This document shows positions 9,383 through 18,855 of a DNA stretch of 64,000 nt, piece after piece. Source of the stretch: Pseudothauera lacus (GTDB taxonomy: Bacteria > Pseudomonadota > Gammaproteobacteria > Burkholderiales > Rhodocyclaceae); the NCBI RefSeq assembly GCF_003034845.1, contig NZ_PZKC01000001.1:267473-331472 (forward strand). Reading direction: 5' to 3'. Position 1 is the first letter of the stretch. Each line of letters starts with the position of its first letter. A program made the position numbers and the translations under genes. The notes below the pieces were generated by a model. It saw only the letters and a program-made list of their open reading frames with translations, made no database searches and was not told the DNA's origin.

Positions 9383-10603
9383 GTGCGGTGGCAGGACTAC
9401 GATGTGATCGTCATCGGCGCCGGAGCGGCGGGCATGATGTGCGCCGCCCAGGCCGGTCAGCGCGGCCGCCGCGTGCTCCTCATCGACCACGCTGCGCAGC
9501 TCGCCGAGAAGATCCGCATCTCCGGCGGCGGGCGGTGCAACTTCACCAACCTGCGCGTAACCGCCGACAACTACCTGTCGCGCAACCCCCACTTCGTGCG
9601 CTCGGCGCTGGCGCGCTACGGCTCGCGCGAGTTCATCGAACTGGTCGATCGCCATCGCATCGCCTGGCACGAGCGCGAGCACGGCCAGCTGTTCTGCGAC
9701 CACTCCGCGCAGGACATCATCGACATGCTGCGCAGCGAGTGCGCCGACGGCGGCGTCGACTGGGCCATGCCGGTGACCGTCGAGCGCATCGAACGCCTGC
9801 CCGCTGACACCACCAGCGGCGCGCCGCGCTTCCGCGTGCACTGCGCCACAGGCACGGCCTGCTGCGCCAGCCTGGTGATCGCCAGCGGCGGCCTGTCGAT
9901 CCCCAAGATCGGCGCCTCACCCTTCGGTTACCGCATCGCCGAGCAGTTCGGCCTGCCCATAGTCGCCCCGCTGCCCGCACTGGTGCCCCTGACCCTGCCC
10001 CCGGAGACCCTGCAGCGACTCTCCACGCTGGCCGGGATCTCGCTCGAGGTCGAAGCCAGCTGCGCCGGCGGCAGCTTCCGCGAGGCCGCGCTGGTCACCC
10101 ATCGCGGGCTTTCCGGCCCCGCCATCCTGCAGATCTCCAGCTATTGGCAGGCCCAGGCCTACGACGGCGGCGCGCGGGCACCGGTCACCCTTGACCTGCT
10201 GCCTGGCACCGATGTCCACGCCTGGCTGCAGCAACATGCCCATGCCCGCAGCCTCCTGCCCAACCTGCTCGCCGAGCGTCTGCCGAAGCGCTTTGCCCAA
10301 GCCTGGTGCGAGCTGCACGGCTGGAGCCGTCCCCTCAACCAGTTCCGCAGTGCCGAACTGGACAGCGTCGCCGACACACTGCAGGCCTGGCCGCTCGCAC
10401 CTTCCGGCACCCAGGGCTATGCCAAGGCCGAGGTCACCCTCGGCGGCGTCGACACCCGCGCGCTGTCCTCGCGGACGATGGAAGCAAACGCCTGCCCGGG
10501 GCTGTATTTCGTCGGCGAAGTGATGGATGTCACCGGCCACCTCGGCGGCTACAACTTCCAGTGGGCATGGTCCTCCGGGCACGCCGCGGGGCAGTTCGTC
10601 TGA
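9383..10603 (+). CDS. HI0933/YhiN-family FAD-dependent flavoprotein (NAD(P)/FAD-dependent oxidoreductase).
   Basis: DVIVIGAGAAGMMCA Rossmann motif. GGGRCNFTN motif typical of the HI0933 family. 406 aa. Confidence 0.85.
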   Translation: MRWQDYDVIVIGAGAAGMMCAAQAGQRGRRVLLIDHAAQLAEKIRISGGGRCNFTNLRVTADNYLSRNPHFVRSALARYGSREFIELVDRHRIAWHEREHGQLFCDHSAQDIIDMLRSECADGGVDWAMPVTVERIERLPADTTSGAPRFRVHCATGTACCASLVIASGGLSIPKIGASPFGYRIAEQFGLPIVAPLPALVPLTLPPETLQRLSTLAGISLEVEASCAGGSFREAALVTHRGLSGPAILQISSYWQAQAYDGGARAPVTLDLLPGTDVHAWLQQHAHARSLLPNLLAERLPKRFAQAWCELHGWSRPLNQFRSAELDSVADTLQAWPLAPSGTQGYAKAEVTLGGVDTRALSSRTMEANACPGLYFVGEVMDVTGHLGGYNFQWAWSSGHAAGQFV

Positions 10604-10696
10604 AACCTGTCCCCATGCGCGCAGGCAGATCGCGCGCAGAGCGCACGGCTGCCCTGTCATCGCCCTGTCACGGCGCCGCAATAGCCTTGGCGCCGT

Positions 10697-11578
10697 ATGA
10701 ACAGCGCCGACACTGCCGTCGAGCCCCTGCAGGTACGCTCGATCTTCCTCTCCGACATCCACCTCGGCACGCGTGGCTGCCAGGCGGACCGCCTGCTCGA
10801 TTTCCTCCGCCACCACGAAGCCGAACACATGTTCCTGATCGGCGACATCGTCGATTTCTGGGCGATGAGCCGCGGCATCCACTGGACCGCGGCGCAGAAC
10901 ACCGTGGTGCAGAAGGTGTTGCGCGCCGCACGCAAGGGCACCCAGGTGATCTTCGTCCCCGGCAACCATGACGAAGCCCTGCGCGAATACGTCGGCATCA
11001 CCTTCGGCGACATCCGCCTCGAGCACGACTACATCCACCGTACCGCCGACGGTCGCCGCTATCTGCTCCTGCATGGCGACGAGTACGACCAGGTGACGCG
11101 CTACCACCGCTGGGTGGCGGTAATCGGCGACGTTGCCTACAACGCCCTCGTGCGCATCAACGGCTGGCTGTCATGGGCACGCCGGCGGCTGGGCATCTCC
11201 GGCTACTGGTCGCTCGCCGGCTACGCCAAGCGCAAGGTCAAGACGGCGGTGAACTTCATCTTCGACTTCGAGGATTCGGTGATCCACGGCGCCCGCGAGC
11301 GCGGCGTCGACGGGGTGATCTGCGGCCACATCCACTGGGCCACGGTGCGCGAGGTGGACGGCCTGACCTACGTCAATTGCGGCGACTGGGTGGATAGCTG
11401 CACGGCCATCGTCGAACACGTCGATGGCCGCCTGGAGCTGGTCGAGTGGCGCGGCCGCAGCGCACTCGCTACGGCCGCGCCGGTGGAAGAGATGCCAGAG
11501 GAGAGCGAGGCCCTCGAACACCCGCTCGCCGCTCAGTTCATCCTGCGGCGCTCGAACATCGGCAACAAGGGCACGTAG
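10697..11578 (+). CDS. Calcineurin-like metallophosphoesterase, LpxH-like (UDP-2,3-diacylglucosamine diphosphatase family).
   Basis: Motifs DIHLG, GDIVDFW, GNHD, LHGDEYD and GHIH. 293 aa. Confidence 0.7.
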   Translation: MNSADTAVEPLQVRSIFLSDIHLGTRGCQADRLLDFLRHHEAEHMFLIGDIVDFWAMSRGIHWTAAQNTVVQKVLRAARKGTQVIFVPGNHDEALREYVGITFGDIRLEHDYIHRTADGRRYLLLHGDEYDQVTRYHRWVAVIGDVAYNALVRINGWLSWARRRLGISGYWSLAGYAKRKVKTAVNFIFDFEDSVIHGARERGVDGVICGHIHWATVREVDGLTYVNCGDWVDSCTAIVEHVDGRLELVEWRGRSALATAAPVEEMPEESEALEHPLAAQFILRRSNIGNKGT

Positions 11579-12813
11579 CTGAGCGCCTGCAGCACGATCA
11601 GCCCGGCGAAGGCGATCGACAGCGCCGCAGCCATGTCGTGACCGGCGGCAAGCAGCCCGTCGAGCGCCCCACCCAGCCCCCACTGCACCACGAAGGCCCC
11701 CATGAAGGCCATCAGGTTGATCGCCGTGCTCACGCGCGCGAAGACCTCACGCGGGAAATACCCTGCGGAAGCCAGATAGGCCTGCGAATTGACCGCCGAC
11801 AGCATGCCGAGCAGGAACCACAGGGGCGCCAGTGGCCCCCAGCCGAAGAGGATCAGCACCTGCACCGCGAGCATGCCGGCAAACCCGCCCTGCATCAGAT
11901 TGACCGGGCGCACGCCGCTGCGCGCCAGGCGCGTGCCAAGTACGCCGATGCCGAGTTGACCGGCGAGCATGCCGAAGTTCAGCACCAGCAGCAGCGATGC
12001 CGCCTGGGCCAGTTCGAGCCCGTTTACGTTCATCAGCCAGGGCACCGCCCACAGGCTTTGCAGGGCCATGAAACCGCCGGTAAAGAAGGCTGCCGAGGCG
12101 GCAAAGCGCAGGAAACCCCATGAGGCGTAGATGCCCGCTACCGAGCGCAGCGCGCCGCCAAGGGTATCGCGCGTGCCGGCACTGGCCTCGTCGGGCAGGG
12201 AGAGGAAGATCCACAGCGCGATCGCCACCGCCATCACCGCAATCAGCCAGAACACCCCGCGCCAGCCCAGCAGCGGCAGCATGGCCTCCACCGGTGCGCT
12301 GGCGGTGAGCGCACCGAGTGCGCCCGCAGCCATGATGAAGCCGGTCATCGAACTCTGCCGCTCCGGCGGGTACCACATCGCAAAGCCTTTCAGCGCCCCC
12401 ATCAGGCAGGCCGACACCCCCAGACCGATGAGCGCGCGCGCCAGCCCCAGTCCGCCCAGTGACTCGCCGAGCGCAAAGGCTGCGGCACCGAGCGCGGTGA
12501 GGATCAGCAGCGCCCCCTCCACCCGCCGTGGGCCGTAGCGGTCGAGGGCGATGCCGACCGGTATCTGCGCCAGACCGAAGGCGAGGAAATAGGTGCTGGT
12601 GAGCAAGCCCAATTGCGCCGCGGAGAGCCCCAGTTCACCGGTCAGCGCCGGCGAGATCACCGCATTGACGGTGCGCAGCAGATAGGAAAGGTAGTAGCCG
12701 AGGGCAAAGGGCAGAAAGATCTGCCCCCAGCCCGGCGAAACGAGACGCGTCGACATGCTGCGATCCATGATCATCGAAGGCGGCATTGTGCCCCACATCG
12801 GTGCATCGCCCAT
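11533..12813 (-). CDS. MFS transporter (12 TM). The exact start is uncertain.
   Basis: Hydrophobic throughout. MFS-like loop motif GIALDRYGPRRV between TM2 and TM3. The 3' end overlaps the convergent LpxH-like gene. Confidence 0.8.
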   Translation of the reverse strand: MGDAPMWGTMPPSMIMDRSMSTRLVSPGWGQIFLPFALGYYLSYLLRTVNAVISPALTGELGLSAAQLGLLTSTYFLAFGLAQIPVGIALDRYGPRRVEGALLILTALGAAAFALGESLGGLGLARALIGLGVSACLMGALKGFAMWYPPERQSSMTGFIMAAGALGALTASAPVEAMLPLLGWRGVFWLIAVMAVAIALWIFLSLPDEASAGTRDTLGGALRSVAGIYASWGFLRFAASAAFFTGGFMALQSLWAVPWLMNVNGLELAQAASLLLVLNFGMLAGQLGIGVLGTRLARSGVRPVNLMQGGFAGMLAVQVLILFGWGPLAPLWFLLGMLSAVNSQAYLASAGYFPREVFARVSTAINLMAFMGAFVVQWGLGGALDGLLAAGHDMAAALSIAFAGLIVLQALSYVPLLPMFERRRMN

Positions 12814-12903
12814 TACCGGAAACCCTTATTTCCAGGTCCTGTTCTCATTCGCCATGGCGGTCCGCCAGCGCGAATGAAAACAGGCCCCAGGCACTTGGCG
12901 AAC

Positions 12904-12917
12904 TTGATACGGGTCAA
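12904..12917 (+). promoter_or_regulatory. FNR/Dnr/NnrR-type box TTGAT-ACGG-GTCAA upstream of the hemerythrin-DUF2249-nnrS operon.
   Basis: Dyad read directly. It is centred ~63 bp upstream of the ATG at 12974, a position compatible with a class II CRP/FNR-family site. Confidence 0.45.
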
Positions 12918-12973
12918 GGAAGGCGCCGGGACAAATCACAAGACTCAGGGGCACGTACAGGAGCCCCGCCACG

Positions 12974-13426
12974 ATGAGCACATTGACCGACCTGCTGACC
13001 CACGACCACCGCCAGTGCGATGCCGCCTTCGCCAGCATCGAGCATCATCTCCGCCAACCCGACTGGGCCGCCGCGGACAACGCCCTGGCCGCTTTCGGGC
13101 GCGCCCTCGAAAGCCATTTCGGCGCCGAGGAAGAGATCCTCTTTCCGCGCTTCGAAGAGGCCACCGGCATGACTCAGGGCCCCACCGCGGTGATGCGCGA
13201 GGAACACCGCGAAATGCGCGCCGCCCTCGCGCGCATGGCCGCCGCGCTGGCCGCCCACGATGCCGAGGAGTACGGTGGCGAGGCGGAAACCCTGCTGATC
13301 CTGATGCAGCAGCACAACATGAAGGAAGAGAACATCCTCTATCCGCTGTGCGACCGCCATCTGCACGGCGAGCGCGAGCACCTGGGCCTGAGCATCGGCC
13401 ACCGCCTGGAAGGTGTTCCGCAATGA
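12974..13426 (+). CDS. Hemerythrin (HHE cation-binding) domain protein.
   Basis: H..H..E/HxxxE pattern (LTHDHRQCD, EEEILFP, MREEHREM, QQHNMKEE). 150 aa. Confidence 0.8.
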   Translation: MSTLTDLLTHDHRQCDAAFASIEHHLRQPDWAAADNALAAFGRALESHFGAEEEILFPRFEEATGMTQGPTAVMREEHREMRAALARMAAALAAHDAEEYGGEAETLLILMQQHNMKEENILYPLCDRHLHGEREHLGLSIGHRLEGVPQ

Positions 13427-13641
13427 GCGTGCGGCTGCTCGACCTGCGTGGCCTGGAACCTCCGCAACCCTTCGAACAGGCCATGGAAGCCCTCGCCGAC
13501 CTGCCCCCCGGCGGCGGCCTCAGCCTCCTCCTCGACCGCGTCCCGTGGCCGCTGCTGCGCCTGCTGGAACGCGACGGCATCGCCCACCGCCACCTCATCC
13601 GTGAGGATGCGGTGGTCGAAGTGCACATCGGCAGCGCATGA
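13423..13641 (+). CDS. DUF2249-like small protein (72 aa), commonly linked to hemerythrin/NnrS.
   Basis: ATGA overlap with the hemerythrin stop. MSVRLLDLRGLEPPQPFEQAMEAL... The stop overlaps the nnrS start. Confidence 0.65.
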   Translation: MSVRLLDLRGLEPPQPFEQAMEALADLPPGGGLSLLLDRVPWPLLRLLERDGIAHRHLIREDAVVEVHIGSA

Positions 13642-14888
13642 ACCCCACCCTCAGCTACGAGGCCACGCCGCCGTTTCGCGTACCGCTGTCGTTCTTCCTG
13701 CTCGCCTGCCTGTTCGGCATCGCCGCCGGCGTGCTGCTGGTGATCGAGCCCCGCGCCCTGGTCTCGCGCTGGACACCCGCGGCGCTGGCAATGACCCACC
13801 TCATCACCACCGGCTTCATGCTCTTGGTGATGCTGGGCGCCCTCTTCCAGGTGCTCCCCGTCGTCGTCGGCGCCCGCCTCCCTGCCGCGGGCCGCGTGGC
13901 GCCTGCCGTCCTCGTTCTGTGCGGCAGCGGCGCGGCGAGCCTGAGCTGGGGGCTGGGCACCGCCAGCACCCTGTTCATGCAGGCCGGCGGCGGCCTGCTG
14001 GCTGCGGCCATCGCCGTCTTTCTGGCGCTCGCGGGGTGGGGATCGCGGGGCTGCGCGGATGGCGCAGGCAGCACACGCGATCTGCGCCTGGCACTGATCG
14101 GGCTTGCCATCACCACGGCGCTCGGGGTGATGCTGGTGCTCGCACTGAGCCGCGGCCTCGCCGTGCCGATACTGCAGACCACCAACCTGCATGCGGCCTG
14201 GGGCTGGCTGGGCTGGGGTGGCATCCTGCTCGCGGCGACCAGCTGGGTGGTGGTACCGATGTTCCAGATCACCCCGCCCTACCCGCCCGGGCTGAAACGT
14301 TACTGGGCCGCGCTGAGCTTCGCCCTGCTGATACTGTGGAGCATCGCCGCCCTTGCCGCAGACGCCCCGCAGTGGGCCGGCACGACACTGCTGGCGGGGT
14401 CTGCCGCGGCCCTCGCACTGGCCACCCTGGGCCTGCTGCGCCGCACCCGCCGCGCCAGCCCCGATGCCAGCTTCCGCACCCTGCAGCTGGCGATGGCAGC
14501 CTTTCTCGGCGGCGCCCTGTGCGCCGTCATCGCCAGCATCAGTGCGCAGCCATGGTGGGCGATGGGCGCCGGCGTGCTGGTGCTGCACGGCGGCTTCGTC
14601 AGCGCCATCAGCGCCATGCTCTACAAGATCGTGCCCTTCCTGGCCTGGCTGCACCTCACCCAGGCCAGAATCAAGGCCCCCAACATGAAGAGGCTCTCAC
14701 CGGATAGCCCCGTGCGCCGCCAGCTGCTCCTCCACGCCCTCACCCTGCCCGCCCTGCTCGCCGCCGCCAGCGGCAACGCGCTGGCCGGAGGCGTCGCCGG
14801 GACCCTGCTGGCCGCCGAATTCACCTGGCTGCTCATCAACCTGCTTGCCACCACCGCGCGCTGGCGGCGTGCTCAGGCCGGACACTGA
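13638..14888 (+). CDS. nnrS: NnrS family membrane protein (heme-copper protein of the NO response).
   Basis: 416 aa, ~12 TM. ATGA coupling to the DUF2249 gene. NnrS-like N-terminus (TPPFRVPLSFFLLA...). Confidence 0.8.
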   Translation: MNPTLSYEATPPFRVPLSFFLLACLFGIAAGVLLVIEPRALVSRWTPAALAMTHLITTGFMLLVMLGALFQVLPVVVGARLPAAGRVAPAVLVLCGSGAASLSWGLGTASTLFMQAGGGLLAAAIAVFLALAGWGSRGCADGAGSTRDLRLALIGLAITTALGVMLVLALSRGLAVPILQTTNLHAAWGWLGWGGILLAATSWVVVPMFQITPPYPPGLKRYWAALSFALLILWSIAALAADAPQWAGTTLLAGSAAALALATLGLLRRTRRASPDASFRTLQLAMAAFLGGALCAVIASISAQPWWAMGAGVLVLHGGFVSAISAMLYKIVPFLAWLHLTQARIKAPNMKRLSPDSPVRRQLLLHALTLPALLAAASGNALAGGVAGTLLAAEFTWLLINLLATTARWRRAQAGH

Positions 14889-15434
14889 TCAGCCCGGCGG
14901 GCGCTGCAGGCAGTGCGGCACCACCTCCACGCTGCGCTCGCCGTCCCCCACCCATACGTGACCGTCCTGGATGGTGAACTGCAGGCGCATGCTGCGCGCA
15001 GTCAGACGGGCGAGTTCGGGCGCCGCCTCGGGCACCAGGTTGAGCACGGTGAGCTTGTCCTGGCGCGCCAGCTTGTCGCGCACGCCCTGCCACCAGATGT
15101 CCGCCGCGCGCCCGTAGCTGACGATCACCACGCGCTGCGAGCGCCCGCAGGCCTTGCGGATCCATTTCTCGTCGGGCTGGCCGACGTCGATCCAGCACAG
15201 GATGTCGCCGGTCAGGTCGCGCAGCCAGAGATCGGGCTCGTCGTCGACGCACAAACCCTTGCCGGAGGCCAGGCCTTCCTCGGCGAACAGCGCAAAGGCG
15301 AGCAGGCGCACCATCATGCGTTCGTCGGTCTCCGACGGGTGGCGCGCCAGGGTGAGGTTATGGGTGGCGTAGTAGTTGCGATCCATGTCGGCGATCTGCA
15401 ACTCGGCCTTGTAGATGGTTGCCTTGAGGGCCAT
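14889..15434 (-). CDS. yaeQ: YaeQ family protein.
   Basis: MALKATIYKAELQIADMDRNYY...LTLARHPSETDERMM... is a near-signature match to YaeQ. 181 aa. Confidence 0.85.
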   Translation of the reverse strand: MALKATIYKAELQIADMDRNYYATHNLTLARHPSETDERMMVRLLAFALFAEEGLASGKGLCVDDEPDLWLRDLTGDILCWIDVGQPDEKWIRKACGRSQRVVIVSYGRAADIWWQGVRDKLARQDKLTVLNLVPEAAPELARLTARSMRLQFTIQDGHVWVGDGERSVEVVPHCLQRPPG

Positions 15435-15493
15435 GAGGGCGTTTCCATTGCGTGGAGCCGCATTCTCTCAGGAGCCGGGCCCGGCGCCAAACT

Positions 15494-17038
15494 TCAGCCG
15501 CGGCCTGCAGCCCCGGCGATGCCCGGCTGCTGCGGTGCGTGCAGCGCCTCGATGAGCTGCCTGAGACTGTCCATCCGCTGCGCCCCTGCTCCGCCAAGCT
15601 TGTAGGCCTGGAGCGCGCTCTCCAGGCTTGCGAGCGCTTCCGGGAGCGCCTCGACCAGGCATGAATCGCAAGCTTGCCGACGCTGCATGAGCCCGGCCCT
15701 GGCCAGCAGCGCCATCCCCAGCGCCCGTTGCGCGTCGCCCCAGTCGACCGTCCGGCGCAGCAGGGCTGGTTCGGCGAGCAGCTCACGGTACAGGGCTATG
15801 CCCTCGTCAAGGTGGGCGATGGCACCGTCCGCGTCCGCGTCCGCGCCATCGCTCATTGCCCCTGCGCTGCTCAAGGCCCTGGCCAGCTCGCCATGCACGG
15901 CCAGCCAGCGCAGGGGGGCCTGCGCGCGCGCGGTGTGCTCGCCCGCGGCACGGAGCAGCCCGACGGCCTCGTCGAGATACGCAACCGCCTGTTCCCCGTG
16001 CACGCCACCGGCACCCTCCACGGCCGCGCTGCGCAAGACGGCCCCCAGCATGAAGCGGGTTTCCGCCAGCGCTTCGGGCGCGCCCGAACGGCTGCGCCCG
16101 GCCAGTGCCGTACGCAGCAATGGCCGGGCACCGCCAAGGTCGCCCCGCCAGGCCAGCAACACGCCGGCCTGATGCGCGACCGCCGCACCTTCATCCGGCG
16201 CCCAGCCGGACGGCCACTGTTCGATGAGCGCACGATAACGCTCACCGGCGCCATCGAACGCCCACGCCTCGTCGTGGAGCAGCGCGCGCACGTGGAGGGC
16301 ATTGGCGGCGCGCCAGCGGTAGCTCGCTGCCAGCCCGCCCAGCCCATCGCGCTCGGCGTGCTGCGCGGCGCGCTCGAAGAGCTGCAGCGCCTCGTCATGG
16401 CGGAGCATGGCAAGGAGCAGTTCGCCGTGCAGGCGCAGCACGGGGCTCGTCCGGGCTGGATCGGCAGCGGGGTCGCGCAAGGAATGGGCGAGCAGCCCTT
16501 GCGAAGCCGCAAGGGCCTCGTCGAACTGCCCGGCGGCGAGCGCCGCACCGACCAGCGCAGCTTCTGCCGCCACCGCGCTTGCCCGCGCCTGTCGATAGCC
16601 CGCAGCAGCATTGAGCAGCGCAAACTCCAGCCGCGTCGGCGCCATTTCCGCACCATCGCGCTGCACCGCCCCCTCCGGTATGGCTGCATCGGCAAGCGTC
16701 CTCAGCAGGGCGAACAGGGCAGCATCGCCGATATCTCCAAGCGCGCCGCCGACCTCTGCCAGGGTGCTCAGATCGCTCTCGGCCAGCGCCTCCCGTCCTT
16801 CGCGCGCGGCGCTGACGAGCTGCCGGAGCCGTACTGGATCGACGGGCAGGCGCTGCGTGTGATCGATCAGCCCTACGCTGACAGGGACGGCATCAACCTT
16901 CTCTTCAACGCCGGCAACAACGTCTTGAGTGCCTTGCGGCGCCACCCCGAGGCTGGCGAGAAACCACAGCACCAGGGCGGACAGCGCAATGGTCCACGCC
17001 ACTCCTCCGGCAACAAAGGCAAGCGAATTGAACTTCAT
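15494..17038 (-). CDS. Hypothetical membrane-anchored Ala/Leu-rich protein (514 aa), possibly TPR-like.
   Basis: N-terminal TM (FVAGGVAWTIALSALVLWFLASL), then a long Ala-rich helical domain. It is divergent from the PspA/flotillin operon promoter. Confidence 0.5.
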   Translation of the reverse strand: MKFNSLAFVAGGVAWTIALSALVLWFLASLGVAPQGTQDVVAGVEEKVDAVPVSVGLIDHTQRLPVDPVRLRQLVSAAREGREALAESDLSTLAEVGGALGDIGDAALFALLRTLADAAIPEGAVQRDGAEMAPTRLEFALLNAAAGYRQARASAVAAEAALVGAALAAGQFDEALAASQGLLAHSLRDPAADPARTSPVLRLHGELLLAMLRHDEALQLFERAAQHAERDGLGGLAASYRWRAANALHVRALLHDEAWAFDGAGERYRALIEQWPSGWAPDEGAAVAHQAGVLLAWRGDLGGARPLLRTALAGRSRSGAPEALAETRFMLGAVLRSAAVEGAGGVHGEQAVAYLDEAVGLLRAAGEHTARAQAPLRWLAVHGELARALSSAGAMSDGADADADGAIAHLDEGIALYRELLAEPALLRRTVDWGDAQRALGMALLARAGLMQRRQACDSCLVEALPEALASLESALQAYKLGGAGAQRMDSLRQLIEALHAPQQPGIAGAAGRG

Positions 17039-17282
17039 CGATCAAGCAGGACCTGTAAGGGAGCGCGCAGCTCCGGTCGAAAAAGATGCGCCCGCCGCAC
17101 ACACTGTCGCCCTTGCGGGCGGCGCCCGATCATCTCGCCGGCCCCCCACCCCTGCAGGCCATGGTCATTTCACGGCACCGATCCCGCATCCACGGGACGG
17201 CCGCAGAACGGCCCTGAAGAGAGATTCTTGCGCATGCGCTGCTGGCCACCGCAGACTCCGCTCGCAGGAGCGAAGAAAAGCT

Positions 17283-17311
17283 TTGACATTTTATGTCGCG
17301 AAGCATACATT
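17283..17311 (+). promoter_or_regulatory. Near-consensus sigma70 promoter, TTGACA-N17-TACATT.
   Basis: Read directly. About 38 bp upstream of the yjfI-like ATG (17349). RBS GAAGGAG at 17335-17341. Confidence 0.5.
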
Positions 17312-17348
17312 GCACATGTCATCGACACAACCCTTGAAGGAGTCGCGG

Positions 17349-17765
17349 ATGAAATCGCTGCAGGAACAGATCGCAGGCTTGGACGACGTGCTGAGTGCGC
17401 GCCTCGGTGGCACCGCCGTCAGCCTGCAACCCATCCCCGGCTCGGTGCCGGTGATTCAGGTTGTCATCGGCGGGCGCGAGGAGCTGCCCATCTTCATCAC
17501 CGCCTCGGAAACGCAGGTGCTGTGCATCTGCTATCTGTGGAGCGACGAGGAGGTGCGCGCCGACAAGCGCGCCGAGCTGCTCGAGACCCTGCTCGCCCTC
17601 AATCCGTCCATCCCGCTGTCGGCCTTCGGCCGCATCGACAAGCGCTTCGTGCTGTTCGGCGCGCTGGCCAGCGACGCCCGCGTCGAGGATGTCGCCCAGG
17701 ACGTCATCGCCCTCAGCGACAACGCCCTGGACGCCCTCGAAGCCCTCTCCGCCTACCTCGTCTGA
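17349..17765 (+). CDS. YjfI-like (DUF2170) protein.
   Basis: 138 aa. The internal LCICYLWSDEEV / FVLFGALAS pattern resembles E. coli YjfI. First gene after the promoter. Confidence 0.65.
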   Translation: MKSLQEQIAGLDDVLSARLGGTAVSLQPIPGSVPVIQVVIGGREELPIFITASETQVLCICYLWSDEEVRADKRAELLETLLALNPSIPLSAFGRIDKRFVLFGALASDARVEDVAQDVIALSDNALDALEALSAYLV

Positions 17766-17778
17766 AGGAGACATCACC

Positions 17779-18486
17779 ATGAGCGTGATTGGAAAGATCC
17801 TCACCCTGGTGCGCGGCAGCGCGCGTGAAATCGGCGAGAGCGTGGTCGATGCCAACGCCACCCGCATCTACGAACAGGAAATCGTCGACGCCCGCAACGC
17901 CATCATGAAGGCCAAGAGCGAGCTTACCGGCGTGATGGCCAAGGAAATGCAGAGCGCACGCGAGATCGAGCGCCTGCGCAAGGAAATGATCCGCCTCGAG
18001 AATCTCGCCGTCGAAGCGCTCGACAAGGGCGAGGACGCGCTTGCCGAGGAAGTCGCCGGCAAGGTCGCCGCCTGCGAGGCAGAACTCGAGGAGCAGAGTC
18101 GCGCCCACGCCAACTACGCGCTGCAGGTCGGCAAGCTCAAGGAGCTGATCAAGGCCGCCGAGGGCAAGGTGCGCGAGCATGAGCGCGAGGTGGCCATGGC
18201 ACGCACCACCGAGAGCGTCTACCGCGCCACCCGCTCGATCTCCGACAACATCGGTGCCACCGGCTCCAAGCTGGTCAGTGCGCGCGAATCGCTGGAGCGC
18301 ATCAAGCGCCGCCACGAGGACCTCGCCGACCGCATGGCCGCCGCCGAAGCGCTCGACAAGGAGACCAGCACCCGCGGGCTCGAACAGCGCCTCGCCGAAG
18401 CCGGCATCGGCGGCGACGCCGAGCGCCGCCGGGCAACCATGGAGCGCATCCGTGCGCGCCAGGCGGCCGCGCACAAGGACGCATGA
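17779..18486 (+). CDS. PspA/IM30-family protein (YjfJ-like).
   Basis: 235-aa coiled-coil protein. The C-terminal LAEAGIGG motif and overall pattern match E. coli YjfJ/PspA family. Confidence 0.85.
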   Translation: MSVIGKILTLVRGSAREIGESVVDANATRIYEQEIVDARNAIMKAKSELTGVMAKEMQSAREIERLRKEMIRLENLAVEALDKGEDALAEEVAGKVAACEAELEEQSRAHANYALQVGKLKELIKAAEGKVREHEREVAMARTTESVYRATRSISDNIGATGSKLVSARESLERIKRRHEDLADRMAAAEALDKETSTRGLEQRLAEAGIGGDAERRRATMERIRARQAAAHKDA

Positions 18487-18806
18487 AGACGACCGGCAAG
18501 CCGGCGCGCTGGAAGGACTCCGACGACGCACTGCGCGCCGTTCAGGTGGCCTTCGATGTCGAAGCCCGGGTTCTCGAGGCGGTGCGACGCGCCGCCTTCG
18601 AGAACAACCTGTCGATGCCGGATCAGGTGCGCAACCTGCTGGGGCTGCCGGTCACGCACCGCCCCAAGCGGCCGCGCCTGACCGTCTCGCTGACCCCTGC
18701 GGACTACCAGATGCTGGCCGCACGCTATGGCCTGCCGGCCGACGACCTGCTTGCCATCAAGGAACGCGCGGCCGGCGAGCTGATCGATTTCGCCGACGAT
18801 CAATGA
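18483..18806 (+). CDS. Hypothetical small protein (107 aa), translationally coupled to the pspA-like gene.
   Basis: ATGA overlap with the upstream stop. High GC3. No family recognised. Confidence 0.5.
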   Translation: MKTTGKPARWKDSDDALRAVQVAFDVEARVLEAVRRAAFENNLSMPDQVRNLLGLPVTHRPKRPRLTVSLTPADYQMLAARYGLPADDLLAIKERAAGELIDFADDQ

Positions 18807-18855
18807 GCATGCAGGCAGCCGCAGCGGCACAGGCCTCCTTCACCTGAGAACAGAC

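Noticed and set aside
12613-13641. 342-aa plus ORF spanning the hemerythrin gene in another frame.
   Set aside because: Only its last 72 codons (from ATG 13423) form the DUF2249 gene. The upstream part overlaps the hemerythrin gene out of frame with poor composition.
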